Assembly (NCBI GenBank): GCA_002406115.1
Contig: DHNC01000014.1
Span: 5,590-69,589, forward strand
DNA length: 64,000 nt
Source of the DNA: Christensenella sp. UBA4626
GTDB taxonomy: Bacteria; Bacillota; Clostridia; Christensenellales; UBA1242
Direction: 5' to 3'
Shown here: one piece after another, positions 59,884 through 64,000 of the stretch
Numbering within the stretch: the first letter of the stretch is position 1
Layout of the letters: every line of letters begins with the position of its first letter
Program-made: the position numbers and the translations under genes
Notes under the pieces: model-generated
What the model saw: the letters and a program-made list of their open reading frames with translations, nothing else
Database searches by the model: none
What the model was told of the DNA's origin: nothing

Positions 59884-62106
59884 TCAAGCATATTTAACTG
59901 CAATTTGATTGAAAATCCCATAGCGATCCAACATATAAAGGTAATTCATTTTTGTGAGGACTTTTGAAGATTCCATTTTGAACTTTTGCAAAATGTCGTC
60001 TGTCACAAAACTATTTTGATTTACAAATGTGGAAAGGTTTTCTGTTGAAATTTCTTGGCTAAAAATGCCGCCGGTGTTTGAATAGTACACCACCATATCC
60101 TTTGTTGTGCCGTTGATGTCGTAAATGATGTCGGCAGGTCTAAATAACGAGTGCCCCACATAAAGATTTTCGTTGAAATTTATGCCAAGCAAGTCAAGGA
60201 TAGTTGGGATGATGTCGTATGCCGAGCAAAAACGGTCATTCCATGTCAACTTTGTTGTCAATTCTTCGTTAAGACTTTTGATGCCCGGAGAAGAAAGTAT
60301 CATAGGAATTTGATGAAGTTCTGTGCAATAGATATCGTCAGTTGAAATGCCTTTAAACCTATTTGAAAGGTTCAAATAATAGGTGTAGTGGTCGGCATAA
60401 AGCAGCATTGTGGTGTTGTCGTACAAAGATTTGCCGTCTGCGTATGTTTTTGTCTTTAACTCTTCCACGATTTTGCCAATTGCCTCATCCAAGCCACAAA
60501 CGCCGCACTGATAATATGTCAACTCACTAACCAAACTTGGGTCAGTTTCTTGATAATTGTTGATGACATTTTGATACCAAGTTGTGTAACTTGCCTCGTC
60601 CTCTTGTTTGTTCAAAACATAGCGACCATTTTCATCCAAAGAGCAATCGTCTGCACCGTATTTGACATATTCCATATATTTTAAAACATCGCCGTCGTAA
60701 ACATTGTTTTCCGGCACATATGCACCATGTGAGGAAACATTTAAATAGAAAGTGTAAAAAGGTTTTTCTTGATAATTTTCTGGCACAATATAGTTCATAG
60801 CGTTGGTCACAAACTCACCTTCTGGTGCCCAGTGGTCCCATTTTAAATTGTCGCCAGTGTAAATTTGATTGCCCTCGCTATCCACCAAACTTTCCTTGCC
60901 GATAACTTTTTCAAAACCCATGTTGCCGTGAGTTATATTGCGGTCATAGAAAGTTGAGCGGTTTGAATGGACGTAAGTTGTTGTGTATCCTTTTGATTTC
61001 AAAATGTTTGGCAACGAAAAGCCCAAAGCATTGGAATTTTTATCAAAATCCTTGCCCGCATAACTCAAAACATTTATTCCGTTTGGATAACTGCCCATTA
61101 TGCCAATGCCTTCGCTAATGTTAGTTTTTGCTTTGCCAAAAAATTTGGATGCGACAATGCTATCGTCGTTTTGGTCGGCTTCGTCGCCATAGATGAGTGC
61201 GTAAACATTTGGCGTGAGTTCGTTGGAAAGATTTTGAATAGTTTTGTCATAATTTCCGTCGCCAAAAGCAAACCATTCCAGCGACTCCATCATGATGCAA
61301 ATCACATTTTTGCCTGTGTCAACGCCATGCACGGATTTGTCTGTGCCATTCAATGTGCTGCCAGTGTACATATTGCCAGAATTAAAATAGTCAAGGGCAA
61401 TTTGCTTGTTGATTTCGTCCGAATTTGTGGTGTATTTTGCACCGATTTCATTCAAAAGCATATTTACAAAATAGCCGTAAGAGCCAAATTTGGCATAACT
61501 GTTGCGTTTTAAAAAATTTGTATTCATCAAAAACGCATCGCTGTTGACGTAGTTTATAGAAGACATGCTGTCTTTATACGATTGGATTTGATGACGATAA
61601 GTGTAATAATTTGTGATTGAAAAGCATTGAGCCAGCACAATCATAACCACACATAAAATTGAAAAGTGTTGTTTGATGCTAATTTTGTTTTTCTTTGCCA
61701 GCCACAAGAACACCCCACCAACCGCAAGCAATGCAGCAAAAAGTGCAAGCAACTCAAATATAACATTCCAATAAACAAAGCCACTGGTTGCAGCCTCGGT
61801 TGCCTCCACCAAAGCGGAAAGCATATCCAGAGTGAACATATCGCCATAGATTGTGTAAAGTGTGTAATTTGTGTAAATCAAAATGCCTTGAAGCAGCAAA
61901 ACCAAAGTTGCCAAAACAAATTGTGCAGTGTAGTTTGGCGTTGCAAATATCAGCATTCCGATAAACACAATGATTGAGAAATTGTATAAAAAATATTCTG
62001 GCATAAAGCCCAAATCAAGCACAGCAAAAGAAAATGCTTCCAGCACCAAAGCGCCAAGCACATAGTATGCAAACATTAAAAATTTACTAAAACCTGTTTT
62101 AATCAT
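59884..62106 (-). CDS. LTA synthase family protein (membrane-anchored sulfatase-fold phosphoglycerol transferase)
   Basis: 740 aa. The N-terminal region has ~5 TM segments. The extracellular sulfatase domain begins NVICIMMESLEWFAF. Confidence 0.8.
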   Translation of the reverse strand: MIKTGFSKFLMFAYYVLGALVLEAFSFAVLDLGFMPEYFLYNFSIIVFIGMLIFATPNYTAQFVLATLVLLLQGILIYTNYTLYTIYGDMFTLDMLSALVEATEAATSGFVYWNVIFELLALFAALLAVGGVFLWLAKKNKISIKQHFSILCVVMIVLAQCFSITNYYTYRHQIQSYKDSMSSINYVNSDAFLMNTNFLKRNSYAKFGSYGYFVNMLLNEIGAKYTTNSDEINKQIALDYFNSGNMYTGSTLNGTDKSVHGVDTGKNVICIMMESLEWFAFGDGNYDKTIQNLSNELTPNVYALIYGDEADQNDDSIVASKFFGKAKTNISEGIGIMGSYPNGINVLSYAGKDFDKNSNALGFSLPNILKSKGYTTTYVHSNRSTFYDRNITHGNMGFEKVIGKESLVDSEGNQIYTGDNLKWDHWAPEGEFVTNAMNYIVPENYQEKPFYTFYLNVSSHGAYVPENNVYDGDVLKYMEYVKYGADDCSLDENGRYVLNKQEDEASYTTWYQNVINNYQETDPSLVSELTYYQCGVCGLDEAIGKIVEELKTKTYADGKSLYDNTTMLLYADHYTYYLNLSNRFKGISTDDIYCTELHQIPMILSSPGIKSLNEELTTKLTWNDRFCSAYDIIPTILDLLGINFNENLYVGHSLFRPADIIYDINGTTKDMVVYYSNTGGIFSQEISTENLSTFVNQNSFVTDDILQKFKMESSKVLTKMNYLYMLDRYGIFNQIAVKYA

Positions 62107-62193
62107 TGATAGTATTTTAGTTTAACAAAAGTTTTAAGTCAAGTTAAAATGCAAATTGTTGCTAAATTTAAAACTCTGTGATACAATATAGGT

Positions 62194-63093
62194 ATGTGTA
62201 AATGGTTTAAAAATCTGTTAAATCCAAACAAACTTCTTCCAAAAGATGTCGAAACTGGACTGATGACCTCGATGTATTATTCCGTCAAGTTGGGGGAAAA
62301 ACTTTTTGTGCCAGAAAATTGCGTGTGCTTTTTGTCGTATAGGGACAAAATTTATTGTCAATTTGTTGCCGGGAGTTACACTTTGGACGAAAAAGTTTTG
62401 GCAAATCTGCTTTCAAAGCAATTTAGGAACAAGGATAAAATCAAAAAAGTTAAATTTGACCTTTTCTTTGTAAATTTGACCGAATTTAGATATTCCACAA
62501 GGCAAGTTGAAGATATTCCTGTGGATAAAAAACTTTCCAAGGTGGAAATCAAAACAAATTTTGCTTGCAAAGTTGTTGATGCGGACAAATTTCAATCCAA
62601 CGCTTTGAGGTTTTATGCCCTAATCCGCCCTATTGACGCCGAACATTTTGTTAAAGAGTTTGTGGAAGAAAATATAAATAGATTTTATTTAAAACGTGAG
62701 TTGACTGCGAACATTGACAATGTTTTTGAAAGCAAATCTTTGATTGAATATTTAAACAAAAAAGCGGAAAAAATCGGGCTGAATATCATTGATTTAGGCA
62801 TGACTTTGTGGGTTAAAACAAAAGGCAGAACCACACCAAAACAGGATGCACCGTCATTTTTTGAAAATTCTTCCAGCAAAACTGAAACCGACAGCCAAAG
62901 TCCAACAAATACTGAGGTGGAAAATGTTGCAAATTCAATGCCAAAAAGCATTGACAACAGCAAACAAGAAGCATATAATTTAAACGATACAGATGCTGAA
63001 CACGCTGTTGGCAAACAAGAAGTTTGTCCGATATGCAAAAGCAAACGTATTGCAAATTCAATATTTTGCCACAAATGTGGTTACAAATTTTAA
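62194..63093 (+). CDS. SPFH/Band-7-like (YdjI-like) protein with a C-terminal zinc ribbon
   Basis: 299 aa. The N-terminal ~210 aa loosely follow the YdjI-type pattern (KLFVPENCVCFLSYRDKIYCQFVAGSYTL ... FDLFFVNLTEF). A low-complexity linker is followed by CPICKSKRIANSIFCHKCGYKF. Confidence 0.45.
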   Translation: MCKWFKNLLNPNKLLPKDVETGLMTSMYYSVKLGEKLFVPENCVCFLSYRDKIYCQFVAGSYTLDEKVLANLLSKQFRNKDKIKKVKFDLFFVNLTEFRYSTRQVEDIPVDKKLSKVEIKTNFACKVVDADKFQSNALRFYALIRPIDAEHFVKEFVEENINRFYLKRELTANIDNVFESKSLIEYLNKKAEKIGLNIIDLGMTLWVKTKGRTTPKQDAPSFFENSSSKTETDSQSPTNTEVENVANSMPKSIDNSKQEAYNLNDTDAEHAVGKQEVCPICKSKRIANSIFCHKCGYKF

Positions 63094-63112
63094 ATAATTT
63101 TAGGAGATATAT

Positions 63113-63304
63113 ATGAAATTCAAAAAGTCAGATATAATTGCAACCGTGCTTGAAAAACACCCACAAGGTGAAGAAATTTTGACAAAGTTTGGTTTCCATT
63201 GCTTGTACTGCCCTTGCAGCCAAATGGAAACACTTGAAGAAGCCTGCGAAGTGCATGAAATTGATGTTAAAGAACTTCTTAAAGCATTAAACGCAAAAGA
63301 ATAA
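63113..63304 (+). CDS. DUF1858 (hybrid-cluster-protein-associated redox disulfide) domain protein
   Basis: 63 aa: IATVLEKHPQGEEILTKFGFHCLYCPCSQMETLEEAC. SD aggaga. Confidence 0.7.
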   Translation: MKFKKSDIIATVLEKHPQGEEILTKFGFHCLYCPCSQMETLEEACEVHEIDVKELLKALNAKE

Positions 63305-63401
63305 TTAAGCTCATTTCACTTTGTTTTCAAGTTTAATTTATCGTTAAGCACAAAAAAAATCTAGCCAAGGGCTAGACATTTTGAAACTAGCAGAATAAAA
63401 G

Positions 63402-63438
63402 AAAAAGAATCTAACAAATTTGAGTTAGGTTCTTTTTT
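63402..63438. terminator. bidirectional terminator, diverged relative of the 18078/20277 hairpin
   Basis: aaaaagaatctaac-aaatttga-gttaggttctttttt. The loop and flanks (aatcNNacaa-tttgagtt) resemble the aatccacaatttgagttgtgg hairpin. Confidence 0.7.
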
Positions 63439-63466
63439 ATATTAGAAAGAAATTTATTTAATATAT

Positions 63467-64000
63467 TTAATCATTGTTATTTTTATCATCTAACAATTTT
63501 TTATCATTTGCATTTGCTGGAGAAATAATTTTTCTTCCCATTTCTTTTTCGTATCTCTCTCTTGTTTCTCCAGCAAACTTTCCACCACGTTTTGCGATAT
63601 CTTTATTTTCTTTGAATGTAACAGGCTTTTCCTTTTGTGATAATTCTGTTGTGGTTACTTCTGCAAGCATATTAAGGACAAGTTCAATATTTGTCATATT
63701 ATCTCGTAAATTTTCTTTTTTTAAGCCTTTATATTTTTTGTATTCTTGAACAGACAAACCACTCCATGCTTTCGTCATTTCATTGGTTAAAATTGCATAA
63801 TCTTTTTCTTGTGTAATACCTCTTTCTTGCCATTCAGCAGTAAGTTCTTTACGCATTTTAATTGTTATCATTCTTTGAGTTATCCATTCCTCTGAATAAC
63901 CTTTTTCTCTATATGTAGCAATCGCTCTATCTATTGCTTTTTGTGGGTCTGCAATTTCATCTAATCTTTCGCTTCCAACCTGAGCAAGCCAAATTTTAAA
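63467..64000 (-). CDS. phage/antirepressor-associated conserved protein, C-terminal part (the 5' end lies outside the window)
   Basis: The reading frame is open to the window edge (KIWLAQVGSERLDEIADPQKAIDRAIATYREKGYSEEWITQRMITIKMRKELT...). The block KGLKKENLRDNMTNIELVLNMLAEVTTTELS ... AKRGGKFAGETRERYEKEMG is one I associate with BRO/DinD-type prophage proteins, from memory and unverified. AT-rich. Confidence 0.5.
   Translation of the reverse strand, partial: FKIWLAQVGSERLDEIADPQKAIDRAIATYREKGYSEEWITQRMITIKMRKELTAEWQERGITQEKDYAILTNEMTKAWSGLSVQEYKKYKGLKKENLRDNMTNIELVLNMLAEVTTTELSQKEKPVTFKENKDIAKRGGKFAGETRERYEKEMGRKIISPANANDKKLLDDKNNND

Overview
This is a 64-kb chromosomal window from a low-GC Gram-positive genome that looks like Bacillota, Clostridia-like. 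It is densely packed with housekeeping genes on both strands. These include secA; mrnC-rlmB-sigH joined to dnaX-ybaB-recR; addAB; Rrf2-nifS-nifU; asd-dapA and dapB-aspartokinase; and rplU-prp-rpmA. Also present are an M50 (SpoIVFB-like) protease, a minE-like gene, minD, an MreB-like gene and a Ppx/GppA-like gene. The rest includes RluA-family and TruA pseudouridine synthases, PFOR (nifJ), an LTA synthase, a Bacillus-type large SRP RNA, tRNA-Ser(GCU) and tRNA-Asn(GUU). I see no transposase, integrase, CRISPR array or recognisable multi-gene defence operon. The unusual signals are mostly non-coding or accessory:

1. The left edge looks like the distal junction of an island integrated at a tRNA/tmRNA gene. 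It holds two nested 3'-end remnants, phased TGATGTCAA arrays and a DUF4143 ATPase.
2. A 2.9-kb segment lies between perfect 29-bp direct repeats and interrupts the conserved spoIVFB-rplU synteny. It carries a 667-aa TasA/camelysin-like secreted protein and is surrounded by GC-rich palindromic repeats, a MITE-like element and tandem repeats.
3. A second copy of the minD 3' end differs from the real one at 10 positions, and all 10 are synonymous.
4. Small AT-rich gene modules are bracketed by duplicated terminator hairpins.
5. There are several tandem-repeat arrays (84 bp, 55 bp, 43-44 bp).
6. A PD-(D/E)XK nuclease gene and a structured non-coding or small-ORF locus lie next to tRNA-Asn.
7. A MerR-type promoter precedes a flavodoxin / DXS-like / CMD-cupin operon.

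All functional calls come from motif recognition by eye. No database search was possible, so family assignments of divergent proteins are provisional.
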